Shown: positions 29,538 to 39,649, counted from the first letter of the stretch. The stretch is 64,000 bases of DNA from a candidate division WOR-3 bacterium (GCA_037441285.1 JBBISL010000004.1:61470-125469), one strand, 5' to 3'. The notes: generated from the sequence alone by a model not told the origin. A program made the numbers and translations.

Positions 29538-30602
29538 ATGTTTGCAGAACTACTTACCGTCGAACGCAACGACCTTATGCGTGACCTATTGGCAACTTAC
29601 CCATATAAGCCTTATCTCTGGGCACTGGGTAAAGAGAGAGAAGGCGCCGCCGACAACTATATCTTATCCCAGATAAATGAAGCGGTAAAAGCCGGCGGTA
29701 TCGCCCGCACCTATTATCTCGATGGCAAGGTACAAGGGCTGTGCGTAGTTAAACCCGACCACCTTGCCACCCGAGAACTCAACATTCGGTCCTATCGAAT
29801 AACCCATCTTATCGCGATGGGGAAACCGGATGTTCAGATGCTAATCAAAAATCTCCTCATCCGGGAAACACTGAGAACATTGCCTAAAAACAGTTGCGTT
29901 GTTGCCCGTTGTCCGTATTCAGACCTGACCTCGGTCAATGCCCTGGAAAGTTGCGGCTTCTTCACAACTCACACCGCCTTAGTGCTCGCAAAAGATTTGA
30001 CAAACAACGATTGGCTAACCACACCAGCCGAAGATTACGAGGTTACGCCTTTAGACCCAAACTACATTGACAATTTTGACGAGTCGGTTCTTGACATTCC
30101 CGAAGGGGTTCTGGGCTGGGACATCAACCTGCCCCGGCGCGTTTTAAGTAAAGTCCATCGTGATTGGTTGCGCACCTATGCCGCACCGACTCCTGTAACT
30201 GCGGTGCAATCAAAGGCAGTTGCCCCTGCCACAAAATCGAACGGTGTAAATCAGGCGGTATTTGCTGCTATCGACCACGGTCTCATCGTCGGTATCGTCG
30301 CGGAACGGACTAAACCTTATGCCTCTCACACATTCGGTTTTAATGTTGGTAGTATCGACATCTTAACCACCGCACCTGAGTACCGGGGCAACGGTGTTGC
30401 GACCAAACTGCTCAAGGAGTCGCTGAATCAGTTTGCCCAGAATGGCGTTCGCGTCGCTGAACTGATAGTTCATTCTTCTGACGGTGTTCAGTCCCACTCT
30501 TACCAGGAAATGGGGTTCTTCACCATTGGAACAACTTTGACGCTTGCATATTGTGGAGGCAAACAACCGGACCGGGCAAGATTGGCACGAATCAGGGGGT
30601 AA
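29538..30602 (+). CDS. GNAT-family acetyltransferase, probably tandem-domain (WecD-like)
   Basis: C-terminal acetyl-CoA motif TAPEYRGNGVATKLL and YQEMGF; degenerate N-terminal GNAT ending in ALESCGF. Confidence 0.75.
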   Translation: MFAELLTVERNDLMRDLLATYPYKPYLWALGKEREGAADNYILSQINEAVKAGGIARTYYLDGKVQGLCVVKPDHLATRELNIRSYRITHLIAMGKPDVQMLIKNLLIRETLRTLPKNSCVVARCPYSDLTSVNALESCGFFTTHTALVLAKDLTNNDWLTTPAEDYEVTPLDPNYIDNFDESVLDIPEGVLGWDINLPRRVLSKVHRDWLRTYAAPTPVTAVQSKAVAPATKSNGVNQAVFAAIDHGLIVGIVAERTKPYASHTFGFNVGSIDILTTAPEYRGNGVATKLLKESLNQFAQNGVRVAELIVHSSDGVQSHSYQEMGFFTIGTTLTLAYCGGKQPDRARLARIRG

Positions 30603-30661
30603 TATAGTAGGAAATTTAAAAACTACAGCGCGCGGTAATTCAAAAACATTAAGGAGGAAGT

Positions 30662-31108
30662 ATGCGTAAAATAACGGTTGTCAGTTTAGTCGTTTTAGCC
30701 CTACTCACACCGCTGATTGCCCAGACTCTCAGCGGAACAGTTGAGCAGTACCAGAACACGCCCGTGCTTTCAATTCGGGCTTCAATCTGGGGTCAGGTTA
30801 ACCACCCCGGACAGTACTCTTTCAACAGCTCTGCCGACCTTTTTGAACTGATTTCCGCGGCAGGTGGTCCAACCAGCAACGCCGATATCAACCGCGTCAT
30901 CGTTCTAAGAGAAAAAGACGGTACCCGGCACCGGTTTAACCTCAACCGCCTCGCTTTATCCGGTCAAAGGTTTTTTCTCTCTACCGGTGATGTCGTCATT
31001 ATCCCGGAATCGTTCTGGAGCAAATTCAAGAATGGCCTGCCGGTAATCACTGCTGTGGCCGCAGTCGCCAATGTTGCTATAACCGCGATAATTCTATCGC
31101 AACGATAG
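30662..31108 (+). CDS. Small secreted SLBB-domain (Wza-like) protein
   Basis: Signal peptide, SIWGQVNHPGQY...LISAAGG....AD...V, LSTGDVVIIP and a C-terminal hydrophobic helix. Confidence 0.82.
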   Translation: MRKITVVSLVVLALLTPLIAQTLSGTVEQYQNTPVLSIRASIWGQVNHPGQYSFNSSADLFELISAAGGPTSNADINRVIVLREKDGTRHRFNLNRLALSGQRFFLSTGDVVIIPESFWSKFKNGLPVITAVAAVANVAITAIILSQR

Positions 31109-31127
31109 TAAAGTAGCCGTTAAGGGC

Positions 31128-33119
31128 GTGATGACGACATTCAAAGCTCCGGCTTCCAACAAAAAAAGCCCCTCAATACTCATCGTTGACGACGAATTAG
31201 ATTTTGCCAATACCATCAGCGACATCCTCTTCGCAAAAGGCTATCAAACACTTGTCGCCAGTTCAGGCTGGGAGGCAATGAGTCTATTGGAGCAAACCAC
31301 TCCGGATGTGGTTCTGGTTGACCTGCAACTTCCCGACACCAATGGCATCAACCTGCTGCCCGAAATCAAAAAGTATGCCCCGAATGCCGAAGTCGTCATC
31401 TTGACGGGCCATGCCACCCTCGAAACGGCAATTCAGGCTTTGCATCAAGGCGCCTTCGGCTACCTGCGCAAACCATGTTCAACCGACCGGTTGTTTCTTA
31501 CGCTGGAAAATGCCCTGCTCCGGCAACAGAACACTAACAACTCACCCATTACCCTGGGCGAACTCCTCTTCCACGCTGCGCTTCCGGCGTTCACCTTTGA
31601 CCCGGAAGATGGCACAATTCTAAACTTCAACCCAGCATTTGATAAGTTAACAGAAACATCAACCACCCCTGCCGCAGCACGCAGTCTTTTATTTCTCCTG
31701 AACGAGAAACAACTCGCCACCTTTCTTAACACCCTAAAATCCGCCACCAGCGCAATAGCATTAGTAAAAATCAAATTCCGCGAACTTACTCGTCATTACC
31801 GGCTGTTCTCCTTTCTAACCCCGAAAAATCCCAACCGGGCACTGGGCGTAATGATTGATATCACCGACCAGTACCAAGCCGAGGTCGCCGCCCAACGCCG
31901 CTCCGAATACTTTCAGAGTATTTGGGAAAACCTCGCCACCGGCGTGGCGATAATCGATAGCGATTACACCATCCAACAGGTAAACCCCTGCTTTGCCCGC
32001 TTTTACGGGACAGACCCGGAGACGCTGATTGGAAAGAAATGCCACACCGTCATTCATGGTTTTTCCCGACCCTGCCACCAGTACGGTGAAACCTGCCCGA
32101 TTGTCAATGTCCTGGCATCCGGAACAACCTTTCGGATAAATCATCGGCACCAAAAACCTGATGGCGCAGTGCGCTACTTTGAAACAACCATCGCTCCGTT
32201 ACACGATGAAACCAATACGATTGTCGCCTTTCTGATGATTCATAACGACTTCACCGAGATGAAACTTGCCCAGGAGGAATCTGAGCAGAAAAGTCAAGAA
32301 CTGGCGGAGTTAAATGAAGAGTTGCGCTTACAAACTGAAGAACTCAAAAAGGCTAACTTTGAACTACTTCGTCTCAGTACCGCCAAAGACGAATTTATCT
32401 CCGTCGTCTCGCACGAACTGCGCACTCCGCTCACCGTCATCGCCGAGGTGTTAAACCTGCTGCAGGACGGTTCGGCCGGAGCACTATCGGAAAAACAAAA
32501 TCAACTGATAGCAGTGGCAAACCGAAACTGTTCCCGGCTCACCGGTTTGATCAATGACATCCTTGATATGTCAAAACTTGAAGCCGATAAAATAAATGTC
32601 CATCCCACAAAATTCGACATCTGTACACTGATAGAAGAGGTCAAAAAGTCGCTATTACCTGCCGCCGCCGAAAAAGGACTTACACTTGAAACTACGACAC
32701 CAGCCGCACCGGTAATCGTCTACGCCGACGAAAAACACATCCACCGTGTTTTGATAAACCTTGTAGGAAACGCAATAAAGTTTACCGAACAGGGTGGAGT
32801 TACCATTGCCGTTGAGCAGAAGGAAAACGAGGCTCTTATCTCGGTAAGTGACACCGGGATTGGCATTCCGGAATCCGAACAATCCTGCGTCTTTGACAAG
32901 TTCTACCAGGCGCACCACTGCACCGGGTTACGGGTTCCGGGCACCGGTCTCGGACTGGCAATTACCAAAAAACTGCTGGAACTGAACCATAGCACCATCG
33001 GACTGGAAAGCAAACCTAATGCCGGCTCCAGATTTTATTTCCCATTGCCGCTAATTAAGTTAGACAAATCAATAGAAGAAAATAAAGATGTTGAGGTTAA
33101 CGATGGCTCCAGCAATTGA
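31128..33119 (+). CDS. Cytoplasmic hybrid sensor kinase REC-PAS-PAS-HisKA-HATPase
   Basis: ILIVDDE/DLQLPD/KP receiver; PAS with CH..IH....C......CP; VSHELRTPL; NLVGNAIKF, DTGIGI, GTGLGL. Confidence 0.93.
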   Translation: MMTTFKAPASNKKSPSILIVDDELDFANTISDILFAKGYQTLVASSGWEAMSLLEQTTPDVVLVDLQLPDTNGINLLPEIKKYAPNAEVVILTGHATLETAIQALHQGAFGYLRKPCSTDRLFLTLENALLRQQNTNNSPITLGELLFHAALPAFTFDPEDGTILNFNPAFDKLTETSTTPAAARSLLFLLNEKQLATFLNTLKSATSAIALVKIKFRELTRHYRLFSFLTPKNPNRALGVMIDITDQYQAEVAAQRRSEYFQSIWENLATGVAIIDSDYTIQQVNPCFARFYGTDPETLIGKKCHTVIHGFSRPCHQYGETCPIVNVLASGTTFRINHRHQKPDGAVRYFETTIAPLHDETNTIVAFLMIHNDFTEMKLAQEESEQKSQELAELNEELRLQTEELKKANFELLRLSTAKDEFISVVSHELRTPLTVIAEVLNLLQDGSAGALSEKQNQLIAVANRNCSRLTGLINDILDMSKLEADKINVHPTKFDICTLIEEVKKSLLPAAAEKGLTLETTTPAAPVIVYADEKHIHRVLINLVGNAIKFTEQGGVTIAVEQKENEALISVSDTGIGIPESEQSCVFDKFYQAHHCTGLRVPGTGLGLAITKKLLELNHSTIGLESKPNAGSRFYFPLPLIKLDKSIEENKDVEVNDGSSN

Positions 33120-33522
33120 AAGAAATAAAACAGTACTCGTGGTTGACGATGAACCGGATATCAGACTGATTCTCCAAGCCCGGTTAGAAGCAGCCGGCTA
33201 CCGGGTTGAAACCGCAGGCAATGGTCTCGAAGCGTTAAATCGCATCCGAACCCAGCCCCCAGACTTGGTAATTCTCGACCTGATGCTACCCGGAATGGAT
33301 GGTTTTGCCGTGTGCGCAATGCTGAAGCGTGACCAGCGTTTCAGTCACATTCCTATTGTCATCCTCTCTGCCCGCTCGCAGGTGCAGGACAAAAAAACCG
33401 GTGCCAGTCTTGGAGCTGACGCCTATATAACAAAACCATTCCAACCCCAGGAGTTGCTTAGCACCATTGAACAACTCATTGAGCAACGAACCCCGGCGGC
33501 TCCTGAACCAGGCACTGATTAA
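33103..33522 (+). CDS. Single-domain response regulator
   Basis: VLVVDDE, ILDLMLPGMDG, LSA, YITKPF; no output domain. ATG 33103 has a GAGG SD. Confidence 0.92.
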   Translation: MAPAIERNKTVLVVDDEPDIRLILQARLEAAGYRVETAGNGLEALNRIRTQPPDLVILDLMLPGMDGFAVCAMLKRDQRFSHIPIVILSARSQVQDKKTGASLGADAYITKPFQPQELLSTIEQLIEQRTPAAPEPGTD

Positions 33523-33524
33523 CA

Positions 33525-35216
33525 ATGAACGAAACAAGACTGCTTAAAATTCTACACCAGCAGTTCGGGCTTAATGACCAGATGTTAAACGAAATAAAAA
33601 AGGAGGCAATGCACACCGGGCAAAGCCTCGAGGAAGTTGCCCTGCGTCGCGGGGTTATTCCCAACCGAACAGCACTTTACGAATCTTATGCCAACGAATT
33701 AAACATCCCTTATATCGACCTTGACCATTACACCCCGGACCCTCAGGCAATCGCCGTGGTTCCGGCAGAACTGGCACGCAAGTTTAAAATTATGCCCCTG
33801 TTACAGCTGAACAGCACCCTGATTATCGCCACCGCAACCCCCGAAGACATCGCCTTACTTGACGAACTCAATCGGCAACTCCATCTCGAAATAAACCCGG
33901 CACTGACGCCACCGGAAGCAATTGAACAGGCAATTGAACGGTACTATCCGCCGGAAACACCCCAGCCCCAGATCGACACCGAACTGATTGACCTTGAAGC
34001 CGAAGAGGCACTAAACAGTTATCGCCTTGACCAGGAGACCACCTGCCTTGAAGAACTGGCGAATCAGGCACCGGTTGTTCGATTTGTCAATGCATTGCTT
34101 GAACAGTCTCTTGCCGAGCATGGCTCGGACATCCATATTGAACCCGAAGAAGATGCCCTGATTATCAGAGTCCGAATTGATGGCTTGCTGCAGGAAAGGG
34201 GCAGATTTTCCCTCAACCTCCATCCCCTTGTTACCTCCCGGATAAAACTGCTTGCCGGAATGGACATCTCGGAAAAACGGAAACCCCAGGATGGCCAGAT
34301 GGAGTTCAGAACCAACTCCCACCGGGTTGACATCCGTGTTTCATCGTTCCCGACGATTTATGGCGAGAATTTGGTTCTCCGTTTACTCGACAAATCAAGT
34401 GGACCTTTATCGCTCACCGACCTGGGAATGGAAGGAACGATGGTTCAACTGTTTCAAAAGTTGATTCATCTACCGCACGGAATCATACTTGTCACCGGAC
34501 CAACCGGTTCTGGAAAAAGTACCACCCTCTACGCCGTCCTCAACGAGTTGAACACCCCGGAAAAAAACATCCTAACACTGGAAGACCCGGTTGAATATCG
34601 GTTGCCTGGTGTCAGACAGTGCCAGATTAATGTTCGTGCCGGGGTCACCTTTGCCTCAGGGTTACGCGCCATCCTTCGTCAGGACCCGGATATAATTATG
34701 GTGGGTGAAATCCGCGACTTTGAAACCGCGGAAATCGCCTTTCAAGCCGCTCTTACCGGCCATCTGGTTCTTGCCACACTCCACACCAATGATGCCCCAA
34801 GCGCCCTAACCCGAATGATTGATATGAAAGTAGAACCATTTCTCATCGCTTCCAGCGTCATCGCCATCCTTGCCCAGCGTCTGGTGCGCAAGATTTGTGA
34901 CCGGTGTTCAGAAAATTATATCCCGGAACCTGAACTCCTCAAACGCCTGAACCTCGCACCTGGTACCACCTTCCGCCGGGGTAAAGGCTGTCCGGCTTGC
35001 GGTAACAAAGGCTATCGAGGCCGGCTCGGAATCTTTGAACTTCTGCCGGTTCTACCCGACATCCGTCATATGGTAATGGAAAACCGCTCCAGCGAAGAGA
35101 TTGGGACGGTTGCAATTCGCAACGGGATGAAAACCCTGAGGCAGGACGGTATCGCTAAAGCTCTTGCCGGTTTAACAACACCAGAAGAGGTTCTCAGAGT
35201 CACCCAGGATAAATAA
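33525..35216 (+). CDS. GspE/PilB-family secretion/pilus assembly ATPase
   Basis: SDIHIEP, PQDG, TGPTGSGKSTTLY, EDPVEY, LRQDPDIIMVGEIRD, TGHLVLATLHTN, CDRC...CPAC Zn site. Confidence 0.95.
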   Translation: MNETRLLKILHQQFGLNDQMLNEIKKEAMHTGQSLEEVALRRGVIPNRTALYESYANELNIPYIDLDHYTPDPQAIAVVPAELARKFKIMPLLQLNSTLIIATATPEDIALLDELNRQLHLEINPALTPPEAIEQAIERYYPPETPQPQIDTELIDLEAEEALNSYRLDQETTCLEELANQAPVVRFVNALLEQSLAEHGSDIHIEPEEDALIIRVRIDGLLQERGRFSLNLHPLVTSRIKLLAGMDISEKRKPQDGQMEFRTNSHRVDIRVSSFPTIYGENLVLRLLDKSSGPLSLTDLGMEGTMVQLFQKLIHLPHGIILVTGPTGSGKSTTLYAVLNELNTPEKNILTLEDPVEYRLPGVRQCQINVRAGVTFASGLRAILRQDPDIIMVGEIRDFETAEIAFQAALTGHLVLATLHTNDAPSALTRMIDMKVEPFLIASSVIAILAQRLVRKICDRCSENYIPEPELLKRLNLAPGTTFRRGKGCPACGNKGYRGRLGIFELLPVLPDIRHMVMENRSSEEIGTVAIRNGMKTLRQDGIAKALAGLTTPEEVLRVTQDK

Positions 35217-35221
35217 AATCA

Positions 35222-35245
35222 GGGGGCACAGTTTCCTGCGCCCCC
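35222..35245. terminator. Hairpin between the convergent GspE-like and PPase genes
   Basis: GGGGGCACAG-TTTC-CTGCGCCCCC with one mismatch on the plus strand. Confidence 0.6.
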
Positions 35246-35264
35246 ATCGTTAAATCAGTAAAAC

Positions 35265-37391
35265 CTACTTTACCCAGGGCAGGCAAGAAGAAAGTTTCAA
35301 CACCAAGCCGAGCACGACAATTGAAACCATTGACTGCAACTTAAGGAGGATGTTCAATGAAGGTCCTGCCGCATCCTTCAATGGGTCACCAACCGTATCA
35401 CCAACAACACCAGCCTTATGCGCATCCGAACCCTTGCCCCCGAAATTACCCTTCTCAATAAACTTCTTCGCATTGTCCCACGCGCCTCCGGCGTTAGCCA
35501 TAAAAACCGCGAGACAGAATCCGCTTGCCAGTCCGCCAATCAAAAAGCCCGCAACCCCCTCCGGACCTAAAAGAAGCCCGGTTATCACCGGCGCAATTAT
35601 TGCGGTCAAAGCCGGCGCCACCATCTCCTTTTGTGCCGCCCTTGTGCATATCGTAACCGCCTTCGCATAATCCGGTTTCGTCTTTCCTTCCATCAATCCG
35701 GCAATCTCCCGGAACTGCCGCCGCACCTCCTCAGCAATCTTTGATGCGGTTCTACCTACCGCCTTCAACACCATTGAAGAAACCCCCATTGGAATCATTG
35801 CGCCGGCAAAAAGCCCGGCAACAAGACGGGGATTCAACAACGAAAGGTCAAGCATCTGCGTATAACCGAGAAACCGTTGACTGACAATTCTTACCTCATC
35901 CCGATAAGCCGCAATCAACGCCAGCGCGGTCAAAGCCGCCGAGCCGATGGCAAACCCTTTACCCGTCGCAGCGGTTGTGTTGCCCAGCGCATCCAGTGCA
36001 TCGGTCCGCTCGCGCACGATTGGCTCTTGATGGGTCATCTCGGCATTACCTCCAGCATTGTCCGCTACCGGACCATAAGCATCGGTCGCCAAGGTGATGC
36101 CGAGTGTGGAAAGCATCCCTACCGCCGATATCCCAATCCCGTAAAGACCTAACCCGGGATTACCACCACCGGCAAGATAATAACTGAGAATAATCGCCAC
36201 CACAACAACCAGTACAATTGGCATCGTTGACCTCATTCCCACGGAAAGCCCTTCAATCACCACTGTTGCCGGTGAAGTCCTTGCTTCCGCTGCAATCGCC
36301 CGAGTTGGCGCATAAGAGTCCGAAGTGAAGAGCTCGGTAAAGAAACCAATCAACACCCCGGCAACAAGACCGGAAAGTATTGACCAGTAAACCGACCAGT
36401 ACTGGGGCAGTAGCCACTTGGTGATTAGAAATCCGACAATTGCGGCAAGAATGGACGCACCGTAAATCCCCCGGCGCAGTGCGGCAAGAAGAACACGCTG
36501 TTCCGCCTTCTCACCCGCACGCACCAGAAAACTGCCGATGATTGAAGAAACAATCCCCACACCGGCAAGCACCATCGGCAACAACACTCCGGCAATTTCA
36601 AAACCGGTACCGCTGAACGCCACAACCGAAAGCGCCATTGAAGCGATAATTGAGTCAACATAAGACTCATACAAATCAGCACCCATTCCTGCGATATCAC
36701 CAACATTGTCACCAACATTGTCAGCAATCACTGCCGGGTTACGCGGGTCATCTTCGGGAATCCCGGCCTCAACCTTACCGACAAGGTCGGCTCCCACATC
36801 CGCCGCTTTGGTAAAAATACCGCCGCCGACCCGCGCAAAAAGCGCCTGAGAACTCGCCCCGATTCCAAAGGCAAGCATTGTTGAAGTGATTAACTCTAAC
36901 TTATGCACCAGTGGCTCATGGGCATAAACCGCATTCAGAATCACATACCAGATGGAGAGATCAATTAACCCCAACCCTACGACCACCAGACCCATTACCA
37001 TACCTGAAGAAAACGCCACCCGTAAACCAGAGTTCAGACTTTGCTTTGCCGCCCAGGTCGTGCGCGCACTGCAACGCACACCGATTGACATCCCGATGAA
37101 ACCGGCAAGTCCGGAAAAGAACCCACCGGTCAGAAAGGCAAAGGGCACAAACGGCGACTGCAACTTCAACAGTGCCAGAATGCCCAAAAGGACAAACACC
37201 ACGGCAAAGAAAAGACTCACCCCTTTATACTGCTGCTTCAAATAAGCGGTTGCACCCTCTTTAACTGCCCGGGCAACCTCTTTCATCGGTTCAGTACCTT
37301 CGCTTTTCCGTAGACTGCTTATCGCCAGATACAAAGTAAACCCCAGCGCCAAGAGCGCGCCTGCTGGAGCAATCCAGAATGTTGGTGCCAT
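35265..37391 (-). CDS. hppA: Membrane-bound K+-dependent ion-translocating pyrophosphatase
   Basis: GGGIFTKAADVGADLVGKVEAGIPEDDPRNP, DNVGDNVGD, GNTTAA, GGAWDNAKK, GDTVGDPLKD. Confidence 0.96.
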   Translation of the reverse strand: MAPTFWIAPAGALLALGFTLYLAISSLRKSEGTEPMKEVARAVKEGATAYLKQQYKGVSLFFAVVFVLLGILALLKLQSPFVPFAFLTGGFFSGLAGFIGMSIGVRCSARTTWAAKQSLNSGLRVAFSSGMVMGLVVVGLGLIDLSIWYVILNAVYAHEPLVHKLELITSTMLAFGIGASSQALFARVGGGIFTKAADVGADLVGKVEAGIPEDDPRNPAVIADNVGDNVGDIAGMGADLYESYVDSIIASMALSVVAFSGTGFEIAGVLLPMVLAGVGIVSSIIGSFLVRAGEKAEQRVLLAALRRGIYGASILAAIVGFLITKWLLPQYWSVYWSILSGLVAGVLIGFFTELFTSDSYAPTRAIAAEARTSPATVVIEGLSVGMRSTMPIVLVVVVAIILSYYLAGGGNPGLGLYGIGISAVGMLSTLGITLATDAYGPVADNAGGNAEMTHQEPIVRERTDALDALGNTTAATGKGFAIGSAALTALALIAAYRDEVRIVSQRFLGYTQMLDLSLLNPRLVAGLFAGAMIPMGVSSMVLKAVGRTASKIAEEVRRQFREIAGLMEGKTKPDYAKAVTICTRAAQKEMVAPALTAIIAPVITGLLLGPEGVAGFLIGGLASGFCLAVFMANAGGAWDNAKKFIEKGNFGGKGSDAHKAGVVGDTVGDPLKDAAGPSLNILLKLQSMVSIVVLGLVLKLSSCLPWVK

Positions 37392-37510
37392 AAAATTAAA
37401 CTCCTTTCTTTATAAAATTCGCCATCCAACTATTAACTTTTCCCCTGTACGAAGTTTTGAATATAATACAACCCCTTTCTACTGTCAAGAAATGTATAGA
37501 ATAAAACCAA

Positions 37511-37538
37511 TTGACAGCCAACTATTAAATGATAAATT
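37511..37538 (+). promoter_or_regulatory. sigma70-type promoter (TTGACA-N16-TAAATT), divergent from the hppA promoter (minus strand TTGACA-N17-TATATT at 37460-37488)
   Basis: Read directly; AAGGAGG SD follows. Confidence 0.65.
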
Positions 37539-37557
37539 AAATTGATAAGGAGGCATA

Positions 37558-38988
37558 ATGAAAAGCGAACTGCTGATTTTAGCCCTGTTTTTTGCCGCAA
37601 CACCGGTACCGGTGACGGCTCATAACATAACCATTGACAGCGATGAAATTCCGCTCGTCATTGATGCCTATGGCAGATACCGGCAAAACCAGTCTGTTTT
37701 CTACTGGACACCGTTTGACTCCACCCAGCAGGTTTGGGACTTAACCCGCTACCCGGGGCAACTGCGCGCCCGGGTCGGTTTACGCGACTACACCGAAGGC
37801 CGCTATCCGGCACCCGATACAATGGAAAACGACCCACCCGACCCGGATGTGTGTGAATTTGACACACTGGGCAACGATGCCGAGACCGAAGTGTACCTCT
37901 ACTTGGACGAGTTCGGGCTTTACGGCGACGGCATTGACTTTTCCCAGCAAGGTTTTCGCTTCCTGGGCAACTATCGGCCTGATGGTGTAATCTACAACCT
38001 GCCGATGTACTACGGTTCCAGCTGGATAACCGCCTGGTCCTGGCAGTACGAAATCATTCCGGGAATCCCTTACCAGGCAACTGAACAGCACCAGAAACGG
38101 ATTGTTGCCAAAGGCAAGGTGAAGGTTCCGATGTCCGGTGAGTACTTCTGGCCCTGCCTCGTAATCAAAGACTATATGGTGTATTCCGACAATATGGGCA
38201 CCAACGACCGGCGCTGGCTTTACGAATGGGTTGTGCCGGGCCACTTCTGTGGCGGCAACGGCGTTGCTGCCGCCCTGAGCCAGAACGGCGCTTCACCCGA
38301 CTTCGTAACGGTTGAGACCTTTATGCAACTTGACACCCTCTACATCCCGGGTTGGGACCTCTATCCCCCAAGATTCGGCGCCACCACCATCTGGACCGAC
38401 ACATCCTTTACCGGTCCATTTGTCGTCGCCTCGGAAATCACCGACAACGATGCGGTAGGCGAAGAATCGCTCTTCTACCGCGTCAACCTCGCGCCCACCT
38501 GGACTTCAGTACCTGCCGACTCCCAGCACGGCAGCACCTACTATTTCACCATTCCCCAGGTTACCGCACCGGCGCGCATCGACTACTTTATCTGGGCAAT
38601 GGACGGGTTCTGTGCTGACAACGACATTGAATTCTGGACCACCTTTCCGTTCTGCTCACCCGAAAGCACAATGATTACCTTCAATGTCAATCTCACCGGT
38701 CAGGAAGAGTTTAAACCCCTGCTCCCGGGTCAAGCGCAACTAACCATTACACCCAATCCAGCAAAAGATATAGCCTGCTTCCGCCTTAACCATCCCTATG
38801 CCCGCAACGCCCGGGTTGAAATTTACCGTGCCGACGGCACCCTGCTAAATTCCCTGACACTCCAGCCCGAATCCAGAGGAACACTCTCGGCCTCCTTCTT
38901 AACCCGGCAACTTGCCGCCGGCACCTACTTCTACCGCTGCCTTGCTCCCGGCTTCACTCAAACCGGCAAATTTACCATCTCAAAATAG
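37558..38988 (+). CDS. Secreted protein of unknown function with T9SS type-A-like CTD
   Basis: Signal peptide, acidic/aromatic core, Ig-like segment, C-terminal ITPNP...IYRADG...LAAGTYFY...KFTISK. Confidence 0.75.
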   Translation: MKSELLILALFFAATPVPVTAHNITIDSDEIPLVIDAYGRYRQNQSVFYWTPFDSTQQVWDLTRYPGQLRARVGLRDYTEGRYPAPDTMENDPPDPDVCEFDTLGNDAETEVYLYLDEFGLYGDGIDFSQQGFRFLGNYRPDGVIYNLPMYYGSSWITAWSWQYEIIPGIPYQATEQHQKRIVAKGKVKVPMSGEYFWPCLVIKDYMVYSDNMGTNDRRWLYEWVVPGHFCGGNGVAAALSQNGASPDFVTVETFMQLDTLYIPGWDLYPPRFGATTIWTDTSFTGPFVVASEITDNDAVGEESLFYRVNLAPTWTSVPADSQHGSTYYFTIPQVTAPARIDYFIWAMDGFCADNDIEFWTTFPFCSPESTMITFNVNLTGQEEFKPLLPGQAQLTITPNPAKDIACFRLNHPYARNARVEIYRADGTLLNSLTLQPESRGTLSASFLTRQLAAGTYFYRCLAPGFTQTGKFTISK

Positions 38989-38996
38989 GAGGAAAA

Positions 38997-39479
38997 ATGG
39001 AAATAAAAACGGTCCCGATTGAAAAACCGGCAGAAATCAACCTCATTCTCGGTCAGTCCCACTTCATCAAAACGATAGAAGACATCCACGAACTCCTTGT
39101 CACCGCCATTCCCGGCGTAAAATTCGGCATCGCCTTCTGCGAATCGTCCGGACCCTGCCTTATCCGCCACTCGGGCACCGATGCCGAACTTGAACAACTT
39201 GCGGTCAAAAATGCCCTTGCCATCGGTGCAGGCCACTCATTTATCATCTTTCTCGGCAACGCCTACCCCATCAACATCCTCAATGGCTTAAAACAGATTC
39301 AGGAAGTGTGCACAATCTACTGCGCCACTGCCAATCCGGTCAAAGTTGTTATTGCCGAAGACGAAACCGGTCGCGGTATCCTCGGCGTAATTGACGGCGA
39401 AAAACCCAAAGGGGTTGAAACCGAAAAAGAGATGGAAGAGCGCAAAAACTTCTTAAGAAAAATCGGCTATAAACAGTAG
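38997..39479 (+). CDS. Adenosine-specific kinase family protein (DUF355/COG1839)
   Basis: ILGQSHFIKTIEDI, GIAFCESSGPCL, GAGHSF, CATANP, GRGILGVIDG, IGYK. Confidence 0.9.
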   Translation: MEIKTVPIEKPAEINLILGQSHFIKTIEDIHELLVTAIPGVKFGIAFCESSGPCLIRHSGTDAELEQLAVKNALAIGAGHSFIIFLGNAYPINILNGLKQIQEVCTIYCATANPVKVVIAEDETGRGILGVIDGEKPKGVETEKEMEERKNFLRKIGYKQ

Positions 39480-39649
39480 ATTCGAACCCTGCGCCCTGAT
39501 TGTGGGCTGATTTAATAAACTCTCTCTTGTCAAGTAAAAATTGTGTGTGGTGCCGTCTGATTAACCTTTTTATAAGATTAACCGCCTCTAAATTCGCCAT
39601 TTATCGCATTGGACTTTACCTCTGTCACCCCACCGAGAATGGTTCGGTA

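Noticed and set aside
30572..30590. TTGGCACG, resembling a sigma54 -24 box
   Set aside because: No TTGC at the -12 position, and it lies inside the GNAT coding sequence.
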